Part shown: positions 26,150 through 41,030 of the stretch, piece by piece
How the letters are laid out: each line of letters begins with the position of its first letter
How positions within the stretch are numbered: position 1 is the first letter of the stretch
Origin: Auanema rhodensis
Lineage: Eukaryota > Animalia > Nematoda
DNA length: 64,000 nucleotides
Reading direction: 5' to 3'
Assembly: GCA_964057225.1 (NCBI GenBank)
Contig: OZ059896.1
Span: forward strand, 9,424,001 to 9,488,000
The notes under the pieces: generated by a model
Told to the model about the DNA's origin: nothing
The model's database searches: none
Seen by the model: only the letters and a program-made list of their open reading frames with translations
Position numbers and translations under genes: made by a program

Positions 26150-29100
26150 TTCGAACCCGGCCAAGACCTGTTCTTTTGAAGGATTTTAATCCAAAATCAT
26201 TACAGTACCGTGTCACTGTATGTTTTATCGATAAACTACACTTTTCCTATTGAGCACTAGTTTGTTGGAGCCCAATTGATCTGGCGCCATGTATGCTAGC
26301 ACATCATAAGGTCTTGTGGTGTAGTGGTTATCAAATCTGCTTCACACGCAGAAGGTCGCCGGTTCGAACCCGGCCAAGACCTGTTCTTTTGAAGGATTTT
26401 AGTCCAAAATCATTAGAGTACCGTGTCACTGTATGTTTTATCGATAAACTACATTTTTCCTATTGACCACTAGTTTGTTGGAGCCCAATTGATCTGGCGC
26501 CATGTATGCTAGCACATCATAAGGTCTTGTGGTGTAGTGGTTATCACGTCTGCTTCACACGCAGAAGGTCGCCGGTTCGAACCCGGCCAAGACCTGTTCT
26601 TTTGAAGGATTTTAATCCAAAATCATTAGAGTACCGTGTCACTGTATGTTTTATCGATAAACTACATTTTTCCTATTGACCACTAGTTTGTTGGAGCCCA
26701 ATTGATCTGGCGCCATGTATGCTAGCACATCATAAGGTCTTGTGGTGTAGTGGTTATCAAATCTGCTTCACACGCAGAAGGTCGCCGGTTCGAACCCGGC
26801 CAAGACCTGTTCTTTTGAAGGATTTTAGTCCAAAATCATTAGAGTACCGTGTCACTGTATGTTTTATCGATAAACTACATTTTTCCTATTGACCACTAGT
26901 TTGTTGGAGCCCAATTGATCTGGCGCCATGTATGCTAGCACATCATAAGGTCTTGTGGTGTAGTGGTTATCACGTCTGCTTCACACGCAGAAGGTCGCCG
27001 GTTCGAACCCGGCCAAGACCTGTTCTTTTGAAGGATTTTAATACAAAATCATTAGAGTACCGTGTCACTGTATGTTTTATCGATAAACTACATTTTTCCT
27101 ATTGACCACTAGTTTGTTGGAGCCCAATTGATCTGGCGCCATGTATGCTAGCACATCATAAGGTCTTGTGGTGTAGTGGTTATCACGTCTGCTTCACACG
27201 CAGAAGGTCGCCGGTTCGAACCCGGCCAAGACCTGTTCTTTTGAAGGATTTTAATCCAAAATCATTAGAGTACCGTGTCACTGTATGTTTTATCGATAAA
27301 CTACACTTTTCCTATTGAGCACTAGTTTGTTGGAGCCCAATTGATCTGGCGCCATTTATGCTAGCACATCATAAGGTCTTGTGGTGTAGTGGTTATCACG
27401 TCTGCTTTACACGCAGAAGGTCGTCGGTTCGAACCCGGCCAAGACCTGTTCTTTTGAAGGATTTTAGTCCAAAATCATTAGAGTACCGTGTCACTGTATG
27501 TTTTATCGATAAACTACACTTTTCCTATTGAGCACTAGTTTGTTGGAGCCCAATTGATCTGGCGCCATTTATGCTAGCACATCATAAGGTCTTGTGGTGT
27601 AGTGGTTATCACGTCTGCTTTACACGCAGAAGGTCGTCGGTTCGAACCCGGCCAAGACCTGTTCTTTTGAAGGATTTTAGTCCAAAATCATTAGAGTACC
27701 GTGTCACTGTATGTTTTATCGATAAACTACACTTTTCCTATTGAGCACTAGTTTGTTGGAGCCCAATTGATCTGGCGCCATTTATGCTAGCACATCATAA
27801 GGTCTTGTGGTGTAGTGGTTATCACGTCTGCTTTACACGCAGAAGGTCGTCGGTTCGAACCCGGCCAAGACCTGTTCTTTTGAAGGATTTTAGTCCAAAA
27901 TCATTAGAGTACCGTGTCACTGTATGTTTTATCGATAAACTACATTTTTCCTATTGACCACTAGTTTGTTGGAGCCCAATTGATCTGGCGCCATGTATGC
28001 TAGCACATCATAAGGTCTTGTGGTGTAGTGGTTATCAAATCTGCTTCACACGCAGAAGGTCGCCGGTTCGAACCCGGCCAAGACCTGTTCTTTTGAAGGA
28101 TTTTAGTCCAAAATCATTAGAGTACCGTGTCACTGTATGTTTTATCGATAAACTACATTTTTCCTATTGACCACTAGTTTGTTGGAGCCCAATTGATCTG
28201 GCGCCATGTATGCTAGCACATCATAAGGTCTTGTGGTGTAGTGGTTATCACGTCTGCTTCACACGCAGAAGGTCGCCGGTTCGAACCCGGCCAAGACCTG
28301 TTCTTTTGAAGGATTTTAATCCAAAATCATTAGAGTACCGTGTCACTGTATGTTTTATCGATAAACTACACTTTTCCTATTGAGCACTAGTTTGTTGGAG
28401 CCCAATTGATCTGGCGCCATTTATGCTAGCACATCATAAGGTCTTGTGGTGTAGTGGTTATCACGTCTGCTTTACACGCAGAAGGTCGTCGGTTCGAACC
28501 CGGCCAAGACCTGTTCTTTTGAAGGATTTTAGTCCAAAATCATTAGAGTACCGTGTCACTGTATGTTTTATCGATAAACTACACTTTTCCTATTGAGCAC
28601 TAGTTTGTTGGAGCCCAATTGATCTGGCGCCATTTATGCTAGCACATCATAAGGTCTTGTGGTGTAGTGGTTATCACGTCTGCTTTACACGCAGAAGGTC
28701 GTCGGTTCGAACCCGGCCAAGACCTGTTCTTTTGAAGGATTTTAGTCCAAAATCATTAGAGTACCGTGTCACTGTATGTTTTATCGATAAACTACACTTT
28801 TCCTATTGAGCACTAGTTTGTTGGAGCCCAATTGATCTGGCGCCATTTATGCTAGCACATCATAAGGTCTTGTGGTGTAGTGGTTATCACGTCTGCTTTA
28901 CACGCAGAAGGTCGTCGGTTCGAACCCGGCCAAGACCTGTTCTTTTGAAGGATTTTAGTCCAAAATCATTAGAGTACCGTGTCACTGTATGTTTTATCGA
29001 TAAACTACATTTTTCCTATTGACCACTAGTTTGTTGGAGCCCAATTGATCTGGCGCCATGTATGCTAGCACATCATAAGGTCTTGTGGTGTAGTGGTTAT

Positions 29101-32100
29101 CAAATCTGCTTCACACGCAGAAGGTCGCCGGTTCGAACCCGGCCAAGACCTGTTCTTTTGAAGGATTTTAGTCCAAAATCATTAGAGTACCGTGTCACTG
29201 TATGTTTTATCGATAAACTACATTTTTCCTATTGACCACTAGTTTGTTGGAGCCCAATTGATCTGGCGCCATGTATGCTAGCACATCATAAGGTCTTGTG
29301 GTGTAGTGGTTATCACGTCTGCTTCACACGCAGAAGGTCGCCGGTTCGAACCCGGCCAAGACCTGTTCTTTTGAAGGATTTTAGTCCAAAATCATTAGAG
29401 TACCGTGTCACTGTATGTTTTATCGATAAACTACACTTTTTCTATTGACCACTAGTTTGTTGGAGCCCAATTGATCTGGCGCCATGTATGCTAGCACATC
29501 ATAAGGTCTTGTGGTGTAGTGGTCATCACGTCTGCTTTACACGCAGAAGGTCGTCGGTTCGAACCCGGCCAAGACCTGTTCTTTTGAAGGATTTTAATCC
29601 AAAATCATTACAGTACCGTGTCACTCTATGTTTTATCGATAAACTACACTTTTCCTATTGAGCACTAGTTTGTTGGAGCCCAATTGATCTGGCGCCATGT
29701 ATGCTAGCACATCATAAGGTCTTGTGGTGTAGTGGTTATCAAATCTGCTTCACACGCAGAAGGTCGCCGGTTCGAACCCGGCCAAGACCTGTTCTTTTGA
29801 AGGATTTTAGTCCAAAATCATTAGAGTACCGTGTCACTGTATGTTTTATCGATAAACTACATTTTTCCTATTGACCACTAGTTTGTTGGAGCCCAATTGA
29901 TCTGGCGCCATGTATGCTAGCACATCATAAGGTCTTGTGGTGTAGTGGTTATCACGTCTGCTTCACACGCAGAAGGTCGCCGGTTCGAACCCGGCCAAGA
30001 CCTGTTCTTTTGAAGGATTTTAATCCAAAATCATTAGAGTACCGTGTCACTGTATGTTTTATCGATAAACTACACTTTTCCTATTGACCACTAGTTTGTT
30101 GGATCCCAATTGATCTGGCGCCATGTATGCTAGCACATCATAAGGTCTTGTGGTGTAGTGGTTATCACGTCTGCTTTACACGCAGAAGGTCGTCGGTTCG
30201 AACCCGGCCAAGACCTGTTCTTTTGAAGGATTTTAATCCAAAATCATTACAGTACCGTGTCACTGTATGTTTTATCGATAAACTACACTTTTCCTATTGA
30301 GCACTAGTTTGTTGGAGCCCAATTGATCTGGCGCCATGTATGCTAGCACATCATAAGGTCTTGTGGTGTAGTGGTTATCACGTCTGCTTTACACGCAGAA
30401 GGTCGTCGGTTCGAACCCGGCCAAGACCTGTTCTTTTGAAGGATTTTAGTCCAAAATCATTAGAGTACCGTGTCACTGTATGTTTTATCGATAAACTACA
30501 CTTTTTCTATTGATCACTAGTTTGTTGGATCCCAATTGATCTGGCGCCATGTTTGCCAGTTTATCATAAGGTCTTGTGGTGTAGTGGTTATCACGTCTGC
30601 TTCACACGCAGAAGGTCGCCGGTTCGAACCCGGCCAAGACCTGTTCTTTTGAAGGATTTTAATCCAAAATCATTACAGTACCGTGTCACTGTATGTTTTA
30701 TCGATAAACTACACTTTTCCTATTGACCACTAGATTGTTGGAGCCCAATTGATCTGGCGCCATGTATGCTAGCACATCATAAGGTCTTGTGGTGTAGTGG
30801 TTATCACGTCTGCTTTACACGCAGAAGGTCGTCGGTTCGAACCCGGCCAAGACCTGTTCTTTTGAAGGATTTTAATCCAAAATCATTACAGTACCGTGTC
30901 ACTGTATGTTTTATCGATAAACTACACTTTTCCTATTGAGCACTAGTTTGTTGGAGCCCAATTGATCTGGCGCCATGTATGCTAGCACATCATAAGGTCT
31001 TGTGGTGTAGTGGTTATCAAATCTGCTTCACACGCAGAAGGTCGCCGGTTCGAACCCGGCCAAGACCTGTTCTTTTGAAGGATTTTAGTCCAAAATCATT
31101 AGAGTACCGTGTCACTGTATGTTTTATCGATAAACTACATTTTTCCTATTGACCACTAGTTTGTTGGAGCCCAATTGATCTGGCGCCATGTATGCTAGCA
31201 CATCATAAGGTCTTGTGGTGTAGTGGTTATCACGTCTGCTTCACACGCAGAAGGTCGCCGGTTCGAACCCGGCCAAGACCTGTTCTTTTGAAGGATTTTA
31301 ATCCAAAATCATTAGAGTACCGTGTCACTGTATGTTTTATCGATAAACTACATTTTTCCTATTGACCACTAGTTTGTTGGAGCCCAATTGATCTGGCGCC
31401 ATGTATGCTAGCACATCATAAGGTCTTGTGGTGTAGTGGTTATCAAATCTGCTTCACACGCAGAAGGTCGCCGGTTCGAACCCGGCCAAGACCTGTTCTT
31501 TTGAAGGATTTTAGTCCAAAATCATTAGAGTACCGTGTCACTGTATGTTTTATCGATAAACTACATTTTTCCTATTGACCACTAGTTTGTTGGAGCCCAA
31601 TTGATCTGGCGCCATGTATGCTAGCACATCATAAGGTCTTGTGGTGTAGTGGTTATCACGTCTGCTTCACACGCAGAAGGTCGCCGGTTCGAACCCGGCC
31701 AAGACCTGTTCTTTTGAAGGATTTTAATACAAAATCATTAGAGTACCGTGTCACTGTATGTTTTATCGATAAACTACATTTTTCCTATTGACCACTAGTT
31801 TGTTGGAGCCCAATTGATCTGGCGCCATGTATGCTAGCACATCATAAGGTCTTGTGGTGTAGTGGTTATCACGTCTGCTTCACACGCAGAAGGTCGCCGG
31901 TTCGAACCCGGCCAAGACCTGTTCTTTTGAAGGATTTTAATCCAAAATCATTAGAGTACCGTGTCACTGTATGTTTTATCGATAAACTACACTTTTCCTA
32001 TTGAGCACTAGTTTGTTGGAGCCCAATTGATCTGGCGCCATTTATGCTAGCACATCATAAGGTCTTGTGGTGTAGTGGTTATCACGTCTGCTTTACACGC

Positions 32101-35100
32101 AGAAGGTCGTCGGTTCGAACCCGGCCAAGACCTGTTCTTTTGAAGGATTTTAGTCCAAAATCATTAGAGTACCGTGTCACTGTATGTTTTATCGATAAAC
32201 TACACTTTTCCTATTGAGCACTAGTTTGTTGGAGCCCAATTGATCTGGCGCCATTTATGCTAGCACATCATAAGGTCTTGTGGTGTAGTGGTTATCACGT
32301 CTGCTTTACACGCAGAAGGTCGTCGGTTCGAACCCGGCCAAGACCTGTTCTTTTGAAGGATTTTAGTCCAAAATCATTAGAGTACCGTGTCACTGTATGT
32401 TTTATCGATAAACTACACTTTTCCTATTGAGCACTAGTTTGTTGGAGCCCAATTGATCTGGCGCCATTTATGCTAGCACATCATAAGGTCTTGTGGTGTA
32501 GTGGTTATCACGTCTGCTTTACACGCAGAAGGTCGTCGGTTCGAACCCGGCCAAGACCTGTTCTTTTGAAGGATTTTAGTCCAAAATCATTAGAGTACCG
32601 TGTCACTGTATGTTTTATCGATAAACTACATTTTTCCTATTGACCACTAGTTTGTTGGAGCCCAATTGATCTGGCGCCATGTATGCTAGCACATCATAAG
32701 GTCTTGTGGTGTAGTGGTTATCAAATCTGCTTCACACGCAGAAGGTCGCCGGTTCGAACCCGGCCAAGACCTGTTCTTTTGAAGGATTTTAGTCCAAAAT
32801 CATTAGAGTACCGTGTCACTGTATGTTTTATCGATAAACTACATTTTTCCTATTGACCACTAGTTTGTTGGAGCCCAATTGATCTGGCGCCATGTATGCT
32901 AGCACATCATAAGGTCTTGTGGTGTAGTGGTTATCACGTCTGCTTCACACGCAGAAGGTCGCCGGTTCGAACCCGGCCAAGACCTGTTCTTTTGAAGGAT
33001 TTTAATCCAAAATCATTAGAGTACCGTGTCACTGTATGTTTTATCGATAAACTACACTTTTCCTATTGAGCACTAGTTTGTTGGAGCCCAATTGATCTGG
33101 CGCCATTTATGCTAGCACATCATAAGGTCTTGTGGTGTAGTGGTTATCACGTCTGCTTTACACGCAGAAGGTCGTCGGTTCGAACCCGGCCAAGACCTGT
33201 TCTTTTGAAGGATTTTAGTCCAAAATCATTAGAGTACCGTGTCACTGTATGTTTTATCGATAAACTACACTTTTCCTATTGAGCACTAGTTTGTTGGAGC
33301 CCAATTGATCTGGCGCCATTTATGCTAGCACATCATAAGGTCTTGTGGTGTAGTGGTTATCACGTCTGCTTTACACGCAGAAGGTCGTCGGTTCGAACCC
33401 GGCCAAGACCTGTTCTTTTGAAGGATTTTAGTCCAAAATCATTAGAGTACCGTGTCACTGTATGTTTTATCGATAAACTACACTTTTCCTATTGAGCACT
33501 AGTTTGTTGGAGCCCAATTGATCTGGCGCCATTTATGCTAGCACATCATAAGGTCTTGTGGTGTAGTGGTTATCACGTCTGCTTTACACGCAGAAGGTCG
33601 TCGGTTCGAACCCGGCCAAGACCTGTTCTTTTGAAGGATTTTAGTCCAAAATCATTAGAGTACCGTGTCACTGTATGTTTTATCGATAAACTACATTTTT
33701 CCTATTGACCACTAGTTTGTTGGAGCCCAATTGATCTGGCGCCATGTATGCTAGCACATCATAAGGTCTTGTGGTGTAGTGGTTATCAAATCTGCTTCAC
33801 ACGCAGAAGGTCGCCGGTTCGAACCCGGCCAAGACCTGTTCTTTTGAAGGATTTTAGTCCAAAATCATTAGAGTACCGTGTCACTGTATGTTTTATCGAT
33901 AAACTACATTTTTCCTATTGACCACTAGTTTGTTGGAGCCCAATTGATCTGGCGCCATGTATGCTAGCACATCATAAGGTCTTGTGGTGTAGTGGTTATC
34001 ACGTCTGCTTCACACGCAGAAGGTCGCCGGTTCGAACCCGGCCAAGACCTGTTCTTTTGAAGGATTTTAGTCCAAAATCATTAGAGTACCGTGTCACTGT
34101 ATGTTTTATCGATAAACTACACTTTTTCTATTGACCACTAGTTTGTTGGAGCCCAATTGATCTGGCGCCATGTATGCTAGCACATCATAAGGTCTTGTGG
34201 TGTAGTGGTCATCACGTCTGCTTTACACGCAGAAGGTCGTCGGTTCGAACCCGGCCAAGACCTGTTCTTTTGAAGGATTTTAATCCAAAATCATTACAGT
34301 ACCGTGTCACTCTATGTTTTATCGATAAACTACACTTTTCCTATTGAGCACTAGTTTGTTGGAGCCCAATTGATCTGGCGCCATGTATGCTAGCACATCA
34401 TAAGGTCTTGTGGTGTAGTGGTTATCAAATCTGCTTCACACGCAGAAGGTCGCCGGTTCGAACCCGGCCAAGACCTGTTCTTTTGAAGGATTTTAGTCCA
34501 AAATCATTAGAGTACCGTGTCACTGTATGTTTTATCGATAAACTACATTTTTCCTATTGACCACTAGTTTGTTGGAGCCCAATTGATCTGGCGCCATGTA
34601 TGCTAGCACATCATAAGGTCTTGTGGTGTAGTGGTTATCACGTCTGCTTCACACGCAGAAGGTCGCCGGTTCGAACCCGGCCAAGACCTGTTCTTTTGAA
34701 GGATTTTAATCCAAAATCATTAGAGTACCGTGTCACTGTATGTTTTATCGATAAACTACACTTTTCCTATTGACCACTAGTTTGTTGGATCCCAATTGAT
34801 CTGGCGCCATGTATGCTAGCACATCATAAGGTCTTGTGGTGTAGTGGTTATCACGTCTGCTTTACACGCAGAAGGTCGTCGGTTCGAACCCGGCCAAGAC
34901 CTGTTCTTTTGAAGGATTTTAATCCAAAATCATTACAGTACCGTGTCACTGTATGTTTTATCGATAAACTACACTTTTCCTATTGAGCACTAGTTTGTTG
35001 GAGCCCAATTGATCTGGCGCCATGTATGCTAGCACATCATAAGGTCTTGTGGTGTAGTGGTTATCACGTCTGCTTTACACGCAGAAGGTCGTCGGTTCGA

Positions 35101-35520
35101 ACCCGGCCAAGACCTGTTCTTTTGAAGGATTTTAGTCCAAAATCATTAGAGTACCGTGTCACTGTATGTTTTATCGATAAACTACACTTTTTCTATTGAT
35201 CACTAGTTTGTTGGATCCCAATTGATCTGGCGCCATGTTTGCCAGTTTATCATAAGGTCTTGTGGTGTAGTGGTTATCACGTCTGCTTCACACGCAGAAG
35301 GTCGCCGGTTCGAACCCGGCCAAGACCTGTTCTTTTGAAGGATTTTAATCCAAAATCATTACAGTACCGTGTCACTGTATGTTTTATCGATAAACTACAC
35401 TTTTCCTATTGACCACTAGATTGTTGGAGCCCAATTGATCTGGCGCCATGTATGCTAGCACATCATAAGGTCTTGTGGTGTAGTGGTTATCACGTCTGCT
35501 TTACACGCAGAAGGTCGTCG
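26150..35520 (+). repeat. Higher-order tandem duplication of 22 units (period 4686 bp); boundaries approximate
   Basis: Rare variants recur 4686 bp apart: ATACAAAA 27041/31727, TCACTCTATG 29626/34312, TGATCAC 30511/35197. Confidence 0.85.
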
Positions 35521-37169
35521 GTTCGAACCCGGCCAAGACCTGTTCTTTTGAAGGATTTTAGTCCAAAATCATTAGAGTACCGTGTCACTGTATGTTTTAT
35601 CGATAAACTACATTTTTCCTATTGACCACTAGTTTGTTGGAGCCCAATTGATCTGGCGCCATGTATGCTAGCACATCATAAGGTCTTGTGGTGTAGTGGT
35701 TATCACGTCTGCTTCACACGCAGAAGGTCGCCGGTTCGAACCCGGCCAAGACCTGTTCTTTTGAAGGATTTTAATCCAAAATCATTACAGTACCGTGTCA
35801 CTGTATGTTTTATCGATAAACTACACTTTTCCTATTGACCACTAGATTGTTGGAGCCCAATTGATCTGGCGCCATGTATGCTAGCACATCATAAGGTCTT
35901 GTGGTGTAGTGGTTATCACGTCTGCTTCACACGCAGAAGGTCGCCGGTTCGAACCCGGCCAAGACCTGTTCTTTTGAAGGATTTTAGTCCAAAATCATTA
36001 GAGTACCGTGTCACTGTATGTTTTATCGATAAACTACATTTTTCCTATTGACCACTAGTTTGTTGGAGCCCAATTGATCTGGCGCCATGTATGCTAGCAC
36101 ATCATAAGGTCTTGTGGTGTAGTGGTTATCACGTCTGCTTTACACGCAGAAGGTCGTCGGTTCGAACCCGGCCAAGACCTGTTCTTTTGAAGGATTTTAG
36201 TCCAAAATCATTAGAGTACCGTGTCACTGTATGTTTTATCGATAAACTACATTTTTCCTATTGACCACTAGTTTGTTGGAGCCCAATTGATCTGGCGCCA
36301 TGTATGCTAGCACATCATAAGGTCTTGTGGTGTAGTGGTTATCACGTCTGCTTCACACGCAGAAGGTCGCCGGTTCGAACCCGGCCAAGACCTGTTCTTT
36401 TGAAGGATTTTAATCCAAAATCATTAGAGTACCGTGTCACTGTATGTTTTATCGATAAACTACACTTTTCCTATTGACCACTAGATTGTTGGAGCCCAAT
36501 TGATCTGGCGCCATGTATGCTAGCACATCATAAGGTCTTGTGGTGTAGTGGTTATCACGTCTGCTTTACACGCAGAAGGTCGTCGGTTCGAACCCGGCCA
36601 AGACCTGTTCTTTTGAAGGATTTTAGTCCAAAATCATTAGAGTACCGTGTCACTGTATGTTTTATCGATAAACTACATTTTTCCTATTGACCACTAGTTT
36701 GTTGGAGCCCAATTGATCTGGCGCCATGTATGCTAGCACATCATAAGGTCTTGTGGTGTAGTGGTTATCACGTCTGCTTCACACGCAGAAGGTCGCCGGT
36801 TCGAACCCGGCCAAGACCTGTTCTTTTGAAGGATTTTAATCCAAAATCATTAGAGTACCGTGTCACTGTATGTTTTATCGATAAACTACACTTTTCCTAT
36901 TGACCACTAGATTGTTGGAGCCCAATTGATCTGGCGCCATGTATGCTAGCACATCATAAGGTCTTGTGGTGTAGTGGTTATCACGTCTGCTTTACACGCA
37001 GAAGGTCGTCGGTTCGAACCCGGCCAAGACCTGTTCTTTTGAAGGATTTTAGTCCAAAATCATTAGAGTACCGTGTCACTGTATGTTTTATCGATAAACT
37101 ACACTTTTCCTATTGAGCACTAGTTTGTTGGAGCCCAATTGATCTGGCGCCATGTATGCTAGCACATCA

Positions 37170-40100
37170 TAAGGTCTTGTGGTGTAGTGGTTATCACGTC
37201 TGCTTTACACGCAGAAGGTCGCCGGTTCGAACCCGGCCAAGACCTGTTCTTTTGAAGGATTTTAGTCCAAAATCATTAGAGTACCGTGTCACTGTATGTT
37301 TTATCGATAAACTACATTTTTCCTATTGACCACTAGTTTGTTGGAGCCCAATTGATCTGGCGCCATGTATGCTAGCACATCATAAGGTCTTGTGGTGTAG
37401 TGGTTATCACGTCTGCTTCACACGCAGAAGGTCGCCGGTTCGAACCCGGCCAAGACCTGTTCTTTTGAAGGATTTTAATCCAAAATCATTAGAGTACCGT
37501 GTCACTGTATGTTTTATCGATAAACTACACTTTTCCTATTGACCACTAGATTGCTGGAGCCCAATTGATCTGGCGCCATGTATGCTAGCACATCATAAGG
37601 TCTTGTGGTGTAGTGGTTATCACGTCTGCTTTACACGCAGAAGGTCGTCGGTTCGAACCCGGCCAAGACCTGTTCTTTTGAAGGATTTTAGTCCAAAATC
37701 ATTAGAGTACCGTGTCACTGTATGTTTTATCGATAAACTACACTTTTCCTATTGACCACTAGTTTGTTGGAGCCCAATTGATCTGGCGCCATGTATGCTA
37801 GCACATCATAAGGTCTTGTGGTGTAGTGGTTATCACGTCTTCTTTACACGCAGAAGGTCGTCGGTTCGAACCCGGCCAAGACCTGTTCTTTTGAAGGATT
37901 TTAGTCCAAAATCATTAGAGTACCGTGTCACTGTATGTTTTATCGATAAACTACACTTTTTCTATTGACCACTAGTTTGTTGGATCCCAATTGATCTGGC
38001 GCCATGTTTGCCAGTTTATCATAAGGTCTTGTGGTGTAGTGGTTATCACGTCTGCTTCACACGCAGAAGGTCGCCGGTTCGAACCCGGCCAAGACCTGTT
38101 CTTTTGAAGGATTTTAATCCAAAATCATTACAGTACCGTGTCACTGTATGTTTTATCGATAAACTACACTTTTCCTATTGACCACTAGATTGTTGGAGCC
38201 CAATTGATCTGGCGCCATGTATGCTAGCACATCATAAGGTCTTGTGGTGTAGTGGTTATCACGTCTGCTTCACACGCAGAAGGTCGCCGGTTCGAACCCG
38301 GCCAAGACCTGTTCTTTTGAAGGATTTTAGTCCAAAATCATTAGAGTACCGTGTCACTGTATGTTTTATCGATAAACTACACTTTTTCTATTGACCACTA
38401 GTTTGTTGGATCCCAATTGATCTGGCGCCATGTTAGCCAGTTTATCATAAGGTCTTGTGGTGTAGTGGTTATCACGTCTGCTTCACACGCAGAAGGTCGC
38501 CGGTTCGAACCCGGCCAAGACCTGTTCTTTTGAAGGATTTTAGTCCAAAATCATTAGAGTACCGTGTCACTGTATGTTTTATCGATAAACTACATTTTTC
38601 CTATTGACCACTAGTTTGCTGGAGCCCAATTGATCTGGCGCCATGTATGCTAGCACATCATAAGGTCTTGTGGTGTAGTGGTTATCACGTCTGCTTCACA
38701 CGCAGAAGGTCGCCGGTTCGAACCCGGCCAAGACCTGTTCTTTTGAAGGATTTTAATCCAAAATCATTAGAGTACCGTGTCACTGTATGTTTTATCGATA
38801 AACTACACTTTTCCTATTGACCACTAGTTTGTTGGATCCCAATTGATCTGGCGCCATGTATGCTAGCACATCATAAGGTCTTGTGGTGTAGTGGTTATCA
38901 CGTCTGCTTTACACGCAGAAGGTCGCCGGTTCGAACCCGGCCAAGACCTGTTCTTTTGAAGGATTTTAGTCCAAAATCATTAGAGTACCGTGTCACTGTA
39001 TGTTTTATCGATAAACTACATTTTTCCTATTGACCACTAGTTTGTTGGAGCCCAATTGATCTGGCGCCATGTATGCTAGCACATCATAAGGTCTTGTGGT
39101 GTAGTGGTTATCACGTCTGCTTCACACGCAGAAGGTCGTCGGTTCGAACCCGGCCAAGACCTGTTCTTTTGAAGGATTTTAGTCCAAAATCATTAGAGTA
39201 CCGTGTCACTGTATGTTTTATCGATAAACTACACTTTTCCTATTGACCACTAGTTTGTTGGATCCCAATTGATCTGGCGCCATGTTAGCCAGTTTATCAT
39301 AAGGTCTTGTGGTGTAGTGGTTATCACGTCTGCTTTACACGCAGAAGGTCGCCGGTTCGAACCCGGCCAAGACCTGTTCTTTTGAAGGATTTTAGTCCAA
39401 AATCATTAGAGTACCGTGTCACTGTATGTTTTATCGATAAACTACATTTTTCCTATTGACCACTAGTTTGTTGGAGCCCAATTGATCTGGCGCCATGTAT
39501 GCTAGCACATCATAAGGTCTTGTGGTGTAGTGGTTATCACGTCTGCTTCACACGCAGAAGGTCGCCGGTTCGAACCCGGCCAAGACCTGTTCTTTTGAAG
39601 GATTTTAATCCAAAATCATTAGAGTACCGTGTCACTGTATGTTTTATCGATAAACTACACTTTTCCTATTGACCACTAGATTGCTGGAGCCCAATTGATC
39701 TGGCGCCATGTATGCTAGCACATCATAAGGTCTTGTGGTGTAGTGGTTATCACGTCTGCTTTACACGCAGAAGGTCGTCGGTTCGAACCCGGCCAAGACC
39801 TGTTCTTTTGAAGGATTTTAGTCCAAAATCATTAGAGTACCGTGTCACTGTATGTTTTATCGATAAACTACACTTTTCCTATTGACCACTAGTTTGTTGG
39901 AGCCCAATTGATCTGGCGCCATGTATGCTAGCACATCATAAGGTCTTGTGGTGTAGTGGTTATCACGTCTTCTTTACACGCAGAAGGTCGTCGGTTCGAA
40001 CCCGGCCAAGACCTGTTCTTTTGAAGGATTTTAGTCCAAAATCATTAGAGTACCGTGTCACTGTATGTTTTATCGATAAACTACACTTTTTCTATTGACC

Positions 40101-41030
40101 ACTAGTTTGTTGGATCCCAATTGATCTGGCGCCATGTTTGCCAGTTTATCATAAGGTCTTGTGGTGTAGTGGTTATCACGTCTGCTTCACACGCAGAAGG
40201 TCGCCGGTTCGAACCCGGCCAAGACCTGTTCTTTTGAAGGATTTTAATCCAAAATCATTACAGTACCGTGTCACTGTATGTTTTATCGATAAACTACACT
40301 TTTCCTATTGACCACTAGATTGTTGGAGCCCAATTGATCTGGCGCCATGTATGCTAGCACATCATAAGGTCTTGTGGTGTAGTGGTTATCACGTCTGCTT
40401 CACACGCAGAAGGTCGCCGGTTCGAACCCGGCCAAGACCTGTTCTTTTGAAGGATTTTAGTCCAAAATCATTAGAGTACCGTGTCACTGTATGTTTTATC
40501 GATAAACTACACTTTTTCTATTGACCACTAGTTTGTTGGATCCCAATTGATCTGGCGCCATGTTAGCCAGTTTATCATAAGGTCTTGTGGTGTAGTGGTT
40601 ATCACGTCTGCTTCACACGCAGAAGGTCGCCGGTTCGAACCCGGCCAAGACCTGTTCTTTTGAAGGATTTTAGTCCAAAATCATTAGAGTACCGTGTCAC
40701 TGTATGTTTTATCGATAAACTACATTTTTCCTATTGACCACTAGTTTGCTGGAGCCCAATTGATCTGGCGCCATGTATGCTAGCACATCATAAGGTCTTG
40801 TGGTGTAGTGGTTATCACGTCTGCTTCACACGCAGAAGGTCGCCGGTTCGAACCCGGCCAAGACCTGTTCTTTTGAAGGATTTTAATCCAAAATCATTAG
40901 AGTACCGTGTCACTGTATGTTTTATCGATAAACTACACTTTTCCTATTGACCACTAGTTTGTTGGATCCCAATTGATCTGGCGCCATGTATGCTAGCACA
41001 TCATAAGGTCTTGTGGTGTAGTGGTTATCA
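37170..41030 (+). repeat. Higher-order duplication with a 10-unit period (2130 bp); boundaries approximate
   Basis: Rare variants recur 2130 bp apart: 37551/39681, 37841/39971, 38431/40561, 38611/40741. Confidence 0.85.
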
